Below, one piece after another: positions 1 through 12,479 of a stretch of 45,686 nt of DNA (position 1 is the first letter of the stretch; each line of letters opens with the position of its first letter). The notes under the pieces are model-generated. The model made no database searches, had not been told where the DNA came from, and saw nothing but the letters and a program-made list of their open reading frames with translations. Position numbers and translations under genes: made by a program. The DNA is from Octopus bimaculoides (Eukaryota), in assembly GCF_001194135.2 (NCBI RefSeq), contig NC_068995.1:17911777-17957462 (forward strand), read 5' to 3'.

Positions 1-2659
1 GATATTGGCCTCACGATTGTGGTGTAACGATTTCGATCCATCCTATTGATATTTCGTGCGTGTATTCTAGTATACTGTGGCTGTGGGCTAACATACTCAA
101 ATGAGACACCTACTAATCATACATCATGATATTGTAACATAATCTATAGTCTACGGAAGACTCAAATACTTTAAAACAAGTGTCTATACTCTATTCCACT
201 TCGTCTGTCCTGCTACGCTGGGTATCAAACGATATACACCTTTCGAAAATGTGAGACATTTAAACCCTTAACTGTGAATTTGTTTCTAAATATTTTCTTC
301 CAATTTTAGCACAAGCTCAAATATGAACTCATAAGTCAGCCGTACTTGCATTGTAATGGGGAAGCGTAAGAACTGTGCTTTAAATAAAATCAAGCACCTA
401 CGAAATCTAACAACACCAGCACCAACACAACCAGCATTTACAACTAAGTACCGTACACGTCCACAGTAACACTTTTAAGAGGACTAATATGAAAGCAAAG
501 GACACAGTACAAAGTGCTACTTATTTCAGGACCGACATTTCCTCTTCGTCAGAAATTCCTCTGACAATAATGTCTCTATTATATACAGAAAAACATCCCA
601 CACAACATTTTGACGGAGTATTTAAGTCGTAGAAAACAATGACTACTTAATTTTTTTCCTACGTTACTGCGATCTAATTACAAAACCCGCTATAATCAAC
701 GCCGTGACTGTCTCTCATCATTTTGCGCTTCGGCAAAATAAACTATCAATCAACAGCTGGGCATCGCAACATCATCAGCGGGCTTACCTAGTGAATTTGA
801 CTCCGATTCTGTCTCTTGAAGCCCTGGGTAAATTAAATTGGTCATTTTCCTGATTTATAAGTATTACTTTGTCTTTGCTAATCTTTAGCAACGTTTAAAA
901 TCTAAAAATAGCCCAACATTTAATGCTTTAGCCTTGCTCAAATTACAGGTCTATTGACATGTTCAACAAACTGTTACGCCTAAACAAAATACTTCCAACT
1001 TAAGTAATTTAGTAAAATCACACACTGATTGGTCAGAAAACAGTTTGCAAAAAATAACATTCTGGAGTCTATACAAATACATCACAGACACACAGTTTAG
1101 CTTCCTCACTACAGTTGCAAATTGCAAAACATAAATATCACCGCTACTATATGAACCTCAAGATTACATAGTTTAATGCAGGGAAATACTAGTTCATTCA
1201 GAATGGAAATTTAATATTCTATCATTTCATTATATTATACAATCTTATATTATATTATTATAAGAATCCAAATTAAAACGTGAAAATCAAAGTTGTTATT
1301 TCTTTGAGCAATATAATTTATACATACATACATACATACATACATACATACAGACACANNNNNNNNNNNNNNNNNNNNNNNNNNNNNNNNNNNNNNNNNN
1401 NNNNNNNNNNNNNNNNNNNNNNNNNNNNNNNNNNNNNNNNNNNNNNNNNNNNNNNNNNNNNNNNNNNNNNNNNNNNNNNNNNNNNNNNNNNNNNNNNNNN
1501 NNNNNNNNNNNNNNNNNNNNNATATATATATATATATTTATATATATATATATATACATTTATAAATAAATAAATAAATAAATAAATGAATGTTATTTAG
1601 AAGTTTGAAGACTTTTGAAATTTTAGTGACGTATCCATGCGTCATCCTAAATGAAGCACTCGCTTACAATCCAAATTCATTTCCACTACTCAAGATCGTA
1701 CACATCTATGGCACACCATTTATTCGATAAAGTTTTATCCTAGAATCCACTTTTAATAACAACATATTTGTCTCGGGTTCGTTTATGTCTACTATTTTGT
1801 ATTTACAGAACAAGAAGATGAATGACTACGCGTTTATCTGAATTACTATAATTTAAAACAGATTTTTATTTCAGGCGTTGTACAGCATTTCTATTCTATA
1901 GTATGCGATTCCCTAGATCCGAACTAAATACACTTAGTGAATTTAACATGCTCTAACTGACACGGTTTTCATTTTTATTTTATATTGTCAAAGGCAGAAT
2001 TTTTCTATAAACTATTCTCTATAGAATACTCACACTCACACTGGAATGATAATGTTTTTTTGTTTATACCAAGTCCCCAAGTCAGCCTTTATAGATTTAT
2101 TATCAACGGTACTTGAACCATCCGTACAACGCTAGCATTTTGTGTATTGAAAGCACACTATCCAGCGTCTCAAGTCAAGATGTTTGATTATCTTAATATT
2201 TTATACATACGCATATTTTAAGTGACACATATATATATATATATATATATANNNNNNNNNNNNNNNNNNNNNNNNNNNNNNNNNNNNNNNNNNNNNNNNN
2301 NNNNNNNNNNNNNNNNNNNNNNNNNNNNNNNNNNNNNNNNNNNNNNNNNNNNNNNNNNNNNNNNNNNNNNNNNNNNNNNNNNNNNNNNNNNNNNNNNNNN
2401 NNNNNNNNNNNNNNNNNNNNNNNNNNNNNNNNNNNNNNNNNNNNNNNNNNNNNNNNNNNNNNNNNNNNNNNNNNNNNNNNNNNNNNNNNNNNNNNNNNNN
2501 NNNNNNNNNNNNNNNNNNNNNNNNNNNNNNNNNNNNNNNNNNNNNNNNNNNNNNNNNNNNNNNNNNNNNNNNNNNNNNNNNNNNNNNNNNNNNNNNNNNN
2601 NNNNNNNNNNNNNNNNNNNNNNNNNNNNNNNNNNNNNNNNNNNNNNNNNNNNNNNNNNN

Positions 2660-2728
<69 letters not shown>

Positions 2729-3709
2729 TTGTATATGTCCGTGCGTGTATATATGTGTGTGTATGTGTATATGTATGTGTACCTTTATGACTTTGTTTGT
2801 TTGTATGTGTGCATATATATATTAAGAAAAACAAAGGCACAACTAATATCGATCAGTATATCTTAGCAAATTGTTTGTGTTCATTGTATTTCATTACTGA
2901 CAACTATTCCCTGTGCATTAGACGAACAACACGAAGAAAGTTCATGTTTCCTCTTTTTTCTTTCTTCTCCTTTCTCAAATTAGTCCTTTTATTGTAGAAA
3001 TTAGTTCTTTATGAAAATAAACACTTTCCTTCACTAGCTATGTGGTGGTTCAGAATGAACAACTCTTTTGTAGAAAGCGCTTCGTATTATATTGATAATA
3101 ATATCAAATTTAGAATTGATTGTATGTGTAGTAGGTTGTTGAGTTTTGATCTGTACTGTGTAGTCCCGCGACCCTGCCGTCTGTATTACTTACCGTTTCT
3201 TTATAATCATTATGTGAAAGAAAATGAAAATGTGTCGGACAGGTGTCTTAGAAGCGTTGAGGTGAATTGGGGGTCACGAAATGCAATGACAGTTAATTTT
3301 ACAGAGCATTTTGTCTTGAGAGTTTGTTGCTAAATATGATTAGAAATCTGGCTAAAATATACTTTCAAAACCATAGACTGTTACTAATAGAATTTTGGCA
3401 AAGGCAACTGAGCCTAACTTAATAAATGGTAAATCAAATCAGATATAATTTAAGAAGACGAAGAAATAGTTTATCACTCTATTTATATTTATAAAAGCGT
3501 TTTGTACTTAGTGTTATGTGAAATAAAAGGAAAGAAAGACAAAATAAGGGGCACAGTGAGAGATAGAACAACGCAAGAGATATGTGACTTGAGAATGCAT
3601 TCGCATACACACACACACATAGCTATACATACTTATAAAGAAATATACTTATGCATATTTTTATATGCGTATACATATATGTATATATATATATTTATAT
3701 ACATATCTG

Positions 3710-3783
<74 letters not shown>
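3710..3783. repeat. (TATC)n tetranucleotide microsatellite
   Basis: Perfect tatc run read directly; similar runs at about 7274-7316 and 20766-20828. Confidence 0.95.
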
Positions 3784-3784
<1 letters not shown>

Positions 3785-4053
3785 TTATACACATACGTCT
3801 CTGTGTGTATATGTATGTGATTCACATGTAAAGAGGAATATACATTAAAATGATAGACTGAGAATGAGGGCCATAAAGTGATAGCCACACACATACACAT
3901 ACACACGCGCACGCGCGAATACACTCTCGTGCGTATGTGTGTATATGCATCATGCATGCACGTGTATGCCGGAATATATGTATGCATATCGTTATCTCTG
4001 TATCAGAATTAATGAAGGGAACTAAAATCTGGGGTGGGGGGAGAATAGTGTAG

Positions 4054-4055
<2 letters not shown>

Positions 4056-4137
<82 letters not shown>
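4056..4137. repeat. (GA)n microsatellite
   Basis: Perfect ga run; a (TC)n run is at about 20161-20220. Confidence 0.95.
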
Positions 4138-4139
<2 letters not shown>

Positions 4140-4203
4140 AGCAGACGGACAGGTTTGATTTTGGGGAAAGAGAGGAGGGTAATAACTGATTCCTGAGAAA
4201 GTG

Positions 4204-4353
4204 TGCATATAGGTTTCAGAAACTAATTTCGAGGCTCACATTTATTGGGCCTCAAAATTAGTTTCTGAAACCTATATGCAAACATTTATGCATAGTTTCT
4301 GAAACCTATAGGCAAACATTTAGTTTCAGAAACTAATGTTGAGGCCCACATTT
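4204..4353. repeat. Inverted repeat with 35-bp arms and 7-nt loop, plus extra direct copies of the arms
   Basis: Arm 4204-4238 matches the reverse complement of 4246-4280 at 33/35. 4259-4287 recurs at 4293-4321, and 4212-4243 recurs at 4322-4353. Confidence 0.9.
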
Positions 4354-4835
4354 TTCCCGAATATGTTTCTGTAAAAATGTCATTTGAGTTATGTGGATAT
4401 ATTCTATTAAGTATACGCTATAATATAATATAGCCTAAACTAAAGGTTCTGGCATTTCAAATTTGCATTGTTATATGGAATACGCAGAAAATCTCAGTGA
4501 AATTTAAGTCGGTGACACAAAACACAGGCCTACAAAGCACACACAATTATGCAGTTATGTGCAAATATGTATGTGTACGCATGTATGTGTATAAATAGAA
4601 CATTTTCTTTCAAACGTGTTATCTCTAAATTAATCAATGTTGTATCCATAAAATGAACAGCACATACACTTATACCTATATATATCTTCTTTTACGCAGA
4701 AAGACATAGATATAAATGCACACTTGCGTATCTACGCACGCGCGGGTGCACATATATTAGCCGAAGTAAAACGTAGCAGATATAAAAATATGACCAAAGG
4801 CCAAACAACTATTCTGGTAGATTAAAAACAAAAAC

Positions 4836-4890
4836 TGATAAAACCCTTAACTGATTTTCAGCACTTATTGGGGTCTCCTCAGTGGTATCA
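4836..4890 (-). ncRNA. Degenerate type I hammerhead-like motif
   Basis: Minus strand reads tgatacca CUGAGGA gaccccaataagtgct GAAA atcagt UA agggttttatca. Core order and spacing are intact; stems I-III are imperfect. Confidence 0.3.
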
Positions 4891-5436
4891 ACATCATTTC
4901 ATCAAACCCAAAGGAGGAAGTTGACAATACGTTTTTCTGCACAACAACTCCAGTAACTGAAACTACGAATATAACTGAGATAACTGGGGCTACGAATTTG
5001 CATGTATTTATATTTTATGTTTATCTTCATTCATGGAACTACATCCATATTGACACCGTCTTCTATATCAAATGAAATTATTCTAAACAATCATCACTAA
5101 ATTTCAATGTTGACCTTTATATTTGACATTCGTAAGCATATGAGCAGGTGTACACTATCTTTTTTAGGTTTGATTAATCCCAGTGACATCTCTATTTGTA
5201 ACTTCTCAGGGAAGTGGTAGCAGAAGAATCACCACAACAGTGATTCACTAAAAAGAAACTATTTTTTATCCTCCTAATCTGGGCAAATTATCAATTTGGT
5301 CAATCACACCAATACAATGTTTAAGATTCTGTATACGTATATATGTATGTATATACACACACACATTCACACAAAGACAAACACACACATACATGCATAC
5401 ACATCTACTTATATATTTGTTTATATATATATTTCT

Positions 5437-5490
5437 AACAAAACTGTCCGATGAACGGGAACGTGAAACTCTGAGTAACAGCTTTTTGTT
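5437..5490 (+). ncRNA. Minimal type I hammerhead ribozyme, Penelope-like/retrozyme type
   Basis: Stem I ctgt(5444-47)/acag(5478-81), extended by aacaaaa/ttttgtt. Core CCGAUGA 5448-54. Stem II acg-GGAA-cgt. GAAA 5465-68. Palindromic stem III actc-t-gagt. GUA triplet, predicted cut after 5477. AATAAA and (TA)n follow. Confidence 0.75.
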
Positions 5491-6515
5491 ATATTTCTGC
5501 TGCTTTTAAATAAAGTATATATANNNNNNNNNNNNNNNNNNNNNNNNNNNNNNNNNNNNNNNNNNNNNNNNNNNNNNNNNNNNNNNNNNNNNNNNNNNNN
5601 NNNNNNNNNNNNNNNNNNNNNNNNNNNNNNNNNNNNNNNNNNNNNNNNNNNNNNNNNNNNNNNNNNNNNNNNNNNNNNNNNNNNNNNNNNNNNNNNNNNN
5701 NNNNNNNNNNNNNNNNNNNNNNNNNNNNNNNNNNNNNNNNNNNNNNNNNNNNNNNNNNNNNNNNNNNNNNNNNNNNNNNNNNNNNNNNNNNNNNNNNNNN
5801 ATATATATAAGGGTTTGGGATCTGACGGGAAGCGGTTTCAGGAACAGAGGTTCGGTTTTCGTTCTCATTCGCAGAATTACATATTGTACAAATGCATGCT
5901 GTGACCAGTTTTGGAAAACTTACTACCAATCCTTGAATTACACTTTACATTACAACGCGAAACATCCACTAACATCACTTTAATATATTTGCTTACTGAG
6001 TGCAACTAACTGACGCTGGATTTTCTATATTCTCGATATTGGGAGCAGCTCGATATTTACCAAATAGAAGAATTATATACTCTGGATTACTTGCATTAAA
6101 CATGACGAAACCAATTAGTAATATTTAATTTCATCAAAAACTGATCTATGGATACGAGGAAAATACGCTGAGAAATGGAATGCTGCATATTATATGCATG
6201 ATTAAGCATGTTACTGTGGAGTCATTTCTATCATGCATAAAAATACACAGAAAAAATCTAACTGTCCTAAAGAAATTCAATGTGCGACTGAGTGAGGGAT
6301 CAATGTATTTGCCCACGCCAAAGAAGATTTTTAGGAAATTACCGAACGTGTGACAACTTCAAATTGGGCATCACCTGCATGAGACATTCGTTTTTTTACT
6401 AGAATAAATTTTAACGGATAAAAGGATATACCATGCAAAGGAAAACGAGGGTATATCTACACAGCAATATGCTGAAATGTCTCTTTAAATTGGCAAATTG
6501 GGGATTAATAATATT

Positions 6516-6570
<55 letters not shown>

Positions 6571-7103
6571 NNNNNNNNNNNNNNNNNNNNNNNNNNNNNN
6601 NNNNNNNNNNNNNNNNNNNNNNNNNNNNNNNNNNNNNNNNNNNNNNNNNNNNNNNNNNNNNNNNNNNNNNNNNNNNNNNNNNNNNNNNNNNNNNNNNNNN
6701 NNNNNNNNNNNNNNNNNNNNNNNNNNNNNNNNNNNNCATATATATGTTATGAGACAGGGCATAAATGAAGTTCATTACATATTGGTAATCCCTACTTTCT
6801 ATATATATGTGTGTGTGTGTGTGTGCGTGTGTGTATGCATATGTATATATGTGTTTGTATGGATATGTATAAACACACACACACACACACACACGCACAC
6901 ATATATATATATACACACACATATATATATATATTATGTTACAGGGCGGACATTATGGTAAATATATATTGGTTTTGACTACTTTCTATACACGTGTATG
7001 TACGTGTGTATATGAATATGTATATATGTTCATGTATATATATGCATATATACATATACACACACACACATATGTTTATGTATATGTATATACATAGATA
7101 TTA

Positions 7104-7150
<47 letters not shown>

Positions 7151-7274
7151 TTCACACACGCAAGCATACACTCTCACAACAGAGAGATAACATGTATACA
7201 AACAGATGTGTGTATAAATGTATTACTGTCTATATATATATATGTATATGTGTGTGTGTGTGTATATATATCTA

Positions 7275-7317
<43 letters not shown>

Positions 7318-8001
7318 ATATATATATATATATTATTGTGTGCATATGTGTATGTATATATATATATGGGTATGTATATATATAGGTGTATGCATATATG
7401 TGTGCATACTTTTGCGTATATATCTGTAAATACACGAATATAATATACAACAATGCTTGAATGGGAGAATTAAAAGGAAGAGAAGGATATAATAGGGTAA
7501 ATGAAAAATAAAAATAAATAAAAATGTGAGTCGAAGAATAAAACATTAAAACCGCGGGAATGCAGAAATTAGCTAGGATAGATCAAACTAAGTGACAGAG
7601 AATGACACATGTTGGGTGAAGTTGCGACGATCACACATGAGAAAATATATAATGTGAGAAACACGAACAAGGTATAATAGATATTTTATATCTATTTGCG
7701 TGTAGTAGGAGCCTATCTGATGGAAGGGAGAGAAGCAGGTAAAGGCGATGTTAAAGTTCAATAACAAAAAAAAAGTGTAGATCATGGATGAATATAACAG
7801 AAAAAAAAAAGAAGACAAATTGTTTGCTTGTAATGGACAGGCTATACATATATACTAATTGAAATATAAATATCCACTATTCCGAGTTATAACCTAAGTG
7901 ATGATGCACGCTCGTACGCACGCACGCACACATATATACACACACACTTACACACGCACACTCACGCACACAGACGCAAACACACACACACACACACATG
8001 T

Positions 8002-8260
8002 GTGAAGGCGCGTGGCTTAGTGGTTAGGGCATTCGGCTCACGATCGTAAGTTGTGAGTTCAATTCTCTGTGGCGCGTTGTGTACTTGAGCAAGACACTTT
8101 ATTTCACGTTACACCAGTCCACTCATCTGGCAAAAATGAGTAGTGTTTGTATATCAAAGATCCGGCCTTATCACACTGTGTGTCACGCTGAATCCCACCG
8201 AGAACTACGTTAAGGGTACGCTTGTCTGTGGGGTGCTCTGCTACTTGCACGTTAATTTCA
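8002..8260 (+). mobile_element. tRNA-derived SINE, family A variant, 3' end abutting (TA)n
   Basis: A box tggcttagtgg 8013-8023 and B box gttcaattc 8057-8065. Contains a ttgagcaagacactt core-like motif. 8165-8260 aligns by eye with 42769-42862 and with the minus-strand copy at 19.7-19.9 kb. Confidence 0.85.
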
Positions 8261-8669
8261 TATATATTTATATACATATATATATATATATATATATNNN
8301 NNNNNNNNNNNNNNNNNNNNNNNNNNNNNNNNNNNNNNNNNNNNNNNNNNNNNNNNNNNNNNNNNNNNNNNNNNNNNNNNNNNNNNNNNNNNNNNNNNNN
8401 NNNNNNNNNNNNNNNNNNNNNNNNNNNNNNNGATAGATTTAGATATACATATAGAAAGAAATGTGTATAAATATATCTATCGCTGAACTACCGCACTATC
8501 TACCGTGCAGTCTATCTATTTATCAATCATTCCCTGTCTTTCCCTTTGTCTTCATCTCTCGGTATATATGTATGTGTATATACATGCATACATACATACA
8601 TATATTTATAGTTATATATGCTGCAATAAGGTATCTTCAATGCATTGATTTTGAGCTCTATCTTTTAAG

Positions 8670-8716
<47 letters not shown>

Positions 8717-9427
8717 TATATCTGGGGAGGCTCATACTGCCTTAATATCTAACACATTCACTGGTTCAATTTCCACTCATCTATTGTTATTATATATTTT
8801 TTTTTTTTGGTGTCTTCCAAAAATTTCCGTTGCTTTTGTAATACTGACAAGCAGATATTTCTACATATTTTGCTACCGCTTTCGGTACCACTAATGCTAC
8901 TGTGGTTACAGCTGCTGTCCTATTACAGGTACTACCGTAGCCTGTGATGCCGCTTCTGCCTTCGTAAACGTTGTTGTTCCAGTAGAAACAGATGTTAGTG
9001 TTTCTCAGGGATTCTGATCTCAACTGACGGGAAGCGTTATCACACACATGTTTTATCTTGGACGAAAAGATGGGCTACAACTAATATTTTATTCAATAGC
9101 AGTTGTTTGTCAGTTGTTTGACCTTCACCAGTTGAGCATGATCCCTAACGGCTGACGATATATGCATCGCTGATCACATGGAGGAGTAGTGTGTGAACAT
9201 CATAGTCAAGTGTTGAAAGGAATTATTTGGAATTTGAATAATTCACCTCAGGAAACATGAGGTTTCGTTCATTATGCTTAAAATGCATTTATCCAGGGAC
9301 CTTTTGAGCGAGATGGGCAACTCGACGTGGAGAAAATCTTAACAAGCATCACCTGCAATGTCATGCGCTATTTGAAGGCATGCGCAGCTCTTTCACTCAA
9401 TAAGAATGATAATAATAATGGGTTTTG

Positions 9428-9565
9428 ATCAAGGCACAAGCCCAGTTAATTTTAGAGGAAGGAGTGTTGGTCGATAATATTCACTCCAATATTTGTGCCA
9501 ATATCGGGTACTAGGTTTTATCAACCTGGTATAAATAGTTTTAAATGATATCGTGACTTGAAACA
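9428..9565 (-). mobile_element. Degenerate SINE family B fragment
   Basis: ggcacaagcccagttaattt...gtcgat...tttatcaacc resembles the better-preserved copies at 10841 and 11274. Confidence 0.45.
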
Positions 9566-9881
9566 AGGACGTAAAGCGATATAATGTATACCGCATGACA
9601 TTTTGGAACACCGAACCTAAATCGCTGCAGCATATGTCACTTCATCATCTTTAATAATAGCAGGAGCATCAGTAACAACAGCAGCAAAAACAGTAGTGGT
9701 TTTAGTAGTAGTAGTAGTAGTAGTAGTATAGTAGTAGTATATAAAGGCGCACACATATAGACATATATAATGTATAGTAAACCATATTTGGTACAGATTT
9801 TGTAAAAACATATTTAGAATTAGTGTTTAATTAAAACCTTAATTACATAGCTCTAAATTTAGTATTAAATATATTACTTAT

Positions 9882-9926
9882 TTCCTTCCTTCCGTCCTTC
9901 CTTCCTTCCGTCCTTCCTTCCTTCCT

Positions 9927-9981
<55 letters not shown>
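9882..9981. repeat. Compound (CCTT)n-(ACT)n microsatellite
   Basis: Read directly; a complementary-sense (AGT)n run is at about 9703-9735. Confidence 0.9.
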
Positions 9982-9983
<2 letters not shown>

Positions 9984-10384
9984 CCCTTTATTTTACTTTC
10001 ACAAAAATAAAAAATAGGGATTTTATTAATTTCTTTTTGTAATAACATAACTCTAAGAATAACAAGGATAATTAACATAAGGTTTTAATTATAATTATTA
10101 TTAATTCTTAGAATAGCATTAAGAATATTAACAAACATAACAATATTGATAATAAAAATATCAACATTCCGGTTGTTCTTTTAGTCATCTGTTTAATTAA
10201 TGAAAGATTAGGTGACTGTAGTTGAGTGCTTTGACCTTGTAATGTCACTAACAAAATATTAATGCAGGTATAAATAATACAAATAATTAATCCAAAAACT
10301 ATATATAAGTGTGTATTGATATTTATAAATTCATACATAGATGCATACAAACATACATACATAAATAAAGACGCACACACACGG

Positions 10385-10435
<51 letters not shown>

Positions 10436-10840
10436 ATTACGTATTCATTCTTATAGACTCTATAATATATTTGGGACATAGTATATCAAATATATTTAAT
10501 TAGTGTTTAATTAAGCTGATTAATTACGCACGCCATTTCTTGTCAGGTAGTAAATGAATCAGGGAACCAAATACGTAGAAAATTAATTACAAATCCTGTT
10601 TCTTTTTTTGTAGACCTAAAATATAAACGACAAAAAATGTAGGCATTATTTGCTGATTGATATCATAGCTATATATCTTTCATACAAAGTGCATGAAGAG
10701 TCATGCTCATTATATTTGACTGATTTACATGGGTAATTATTGATGTACATCACGGAGTTTATTCTGTAAATTCATAATTATTAATATCAAAATATTCCGC
10801 GTCATCATTTTGTTTAGTAGCATAATCGCAATAATAGTGG

Positions 10841-11048
10841 TTTTAATGTTTGGCACAAGGCCAGTAATTTCGGAGGTGGGATTAAGTCGGTTACAGGGAT
10901 CCCAGTGACCAACCGTTCCTTATTTTATCGACCGTGAAAGGCGGAGAGGCAAAGTCGATATCGCTGTAATTTGATCTCAGAAAGTAAAGACAGACAAAAT
11001 TCAGGGAAGCATTTTCCTGAAGCGCTAACGATTCGGCCAGTTTGACTC
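10841..11048 (-). mobile_element. tRNA-derived SINE family B
   Basis: Reverse complement aligns by eye with the plus-strand copy 18615-18832 (ggcgaatcgttagcgct head, ctgagatcaaattac B-box region, ggtcgataaaata, ccttgtgcc tail). Confidence 0.75.
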
Positions 11049-11124
11049 CGCGCTGTGTATCTTGCTATGAGATCACATGTGGTGCATGTGCCAGGTGCAT
11101 CCTTATCATACGGGTATTCATGAT

Positions 11125-11196
11125 GGTTATAGTGGTTATAGTGGTTATAGTGGTTATAGTGGTTATAGTGGTTATAGTGGTTATAGTGGTTATAGT
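11125..11196. repeat. 9-bp minisatellite (GGTTATAGT) x8
   Basis: Eight perfect tandem copies; source of the GYS and VIV repeat ORFs. Confidence 0.95.
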
Positions 11197-11273
11197 GGGC
11201 TTCGCATGTTTGTTACCCAATGTCACTTTGATGGCTTGCGCTTATTTCTCACTCAATAATAATAATAACCCTT

Positions 11274-11451
11274 GCTACAATAGGCACAAAGCCTGACATT
11301 TCTGTGGAGGGGTAAGTCGATGACATTCACTGCAGTACTTGACGGGTACATAAATTATCGAACTCGAAATGATTAAAGGCAAATTCGACTTCGGCGGAAT
11401 TTGAACTCAGAACGTAAAGACGGACGAATTACCTTTAAGCTTTTTACCCGG
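11274..11451 (-). mobile_element. tRNA-derived SINE family B
   Basis: Reverse complement contains cgtctttacgttctgagttcaaattccgccgaagtcgaatttgcc, matching catctttacgtcctgagttcaagttccaccggggtcaaatttgcc in the 18.6-18.8 kb copy. Confidence 0.8.
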
Positions 11452-11862
11452 CAAGGCAGGGGATGCCTGGGCTTATAGAAAATAAGTGAATTGATACATA
11501 GCTTAATGAAGAAAATATTATCTCAGGAGTATTGAAGAAGGCCGGAATTAACTGGGGAAACTAAACTNNNNNNNNNNNNNNNNNNNNNNNNNNNNNNNNN
11601 NNNNNNNNNNNNNNNNNNNNNNNNNNNNNNNNNNNNNNNNNNNNNNNNNNNNNNNNNNNNNNNNNNNNNNNNNNNNNNNNNNNNNNNNNNNNNNNNNNNN
11701 NNNNNNNNNNNNNNNNNNNNNNNNNNNNNNNNNNNNNNNNNNNNNNNNNNNNNNNNNNNNNNNNNNNNNNNNNNNNNNNNNNNNNNNNNNNNNNNNNNNN
11801 NNNNNNNNNNNNNNNNNNNNNNNNNNNNNNNNNNNNNNNNNNNNNNNNNNNNNNNNNNNNNN

Positions 11863-11894
<32 letters not shown>

Positions 11895-12479
11895 TTAGTG
11901 TACGTGCCTGTATACTTGGTCCTTGAGTATCTGCGTATGATTTAAGTGAGACCCCTCCTTCAGTCTGGTGCAGCGTACTCATTGGCACTCCGCAAATTTG
12001 TAGCCTGCACCCTCAAAAATATCCGCGTGTATTTTTTTTTTATGTTCAGGTATGATACGATTAATACGTTTTCATAGACAATCGGTCTAGCGATCATTGT
12101 CCCAAAATATCTCATTCTCTAAGAATTCTTAAATCTCTAAAAATGCCAGGTCAAATCCTAAATGAATTACACTAGGACTGTCTTGAGATTGGATATATAA
12201 ACAACCTTCATGGCAGTCAAACAAAAGCAAATCAATTCATTCACGCAGACTCGGGCAGCAACACGGTTAAATGCCTTCCTTCTCAATCGCTTTTACTGCA
12301 ACTTCAATAGCTTTCCATCGTACTCGTTGAAAGTTTTCATTATACTCACACACATTTTCCGAACTCGCTCGACTGTCTTTGAATCCACGTACATGTCATT
12401 TCCTCCTCCAAGTTCGTTACTCTTCCTTGCTTTCAGTCCATCCGGATCAGGATCTAGCCTTTAGAAATCCTTCAAATAT

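Noticed and set aside
530-552. Other CUGANGA...GAAA matches (about 546 minus, 19407 minus, 23941, 34383, 44761)
   Set aside because: No stem II, stem III or NUH geometry; chance core matches.
8002-8070. tRNA-like A and B boxes here and at about 20000 and 42560
   Set aside because: These are SINE heads followed by SINE bodies; no full cloverleaf, so not called tRNA genes.
5821-9037. Shared 13-mer ctgacgggaagcg at about 5822 and 9024
   Set aside because: Exact 13-mers are expected by chance in 45 kb, and the match does not extend.
9107-9380. GC-richer segment that looks like an interspersed repeat
   Set aside because: No clear second copy in the window and no promoter boxes; not supportable without a repeat library.
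9818-10514. 17-bp direct repeat aattagtgtttaattaa at 9818 and 10498
   Set aside because: Very AT-rich, short, and not bracketing any recognisable element.
12260-12450. Minus-strand open stretches (LDPDPDGLKARKSNELGGGNDMYVDSK...)
   Set aside because: Weak acceptor, no recognisable homology, and adjacent to a LINE relic.
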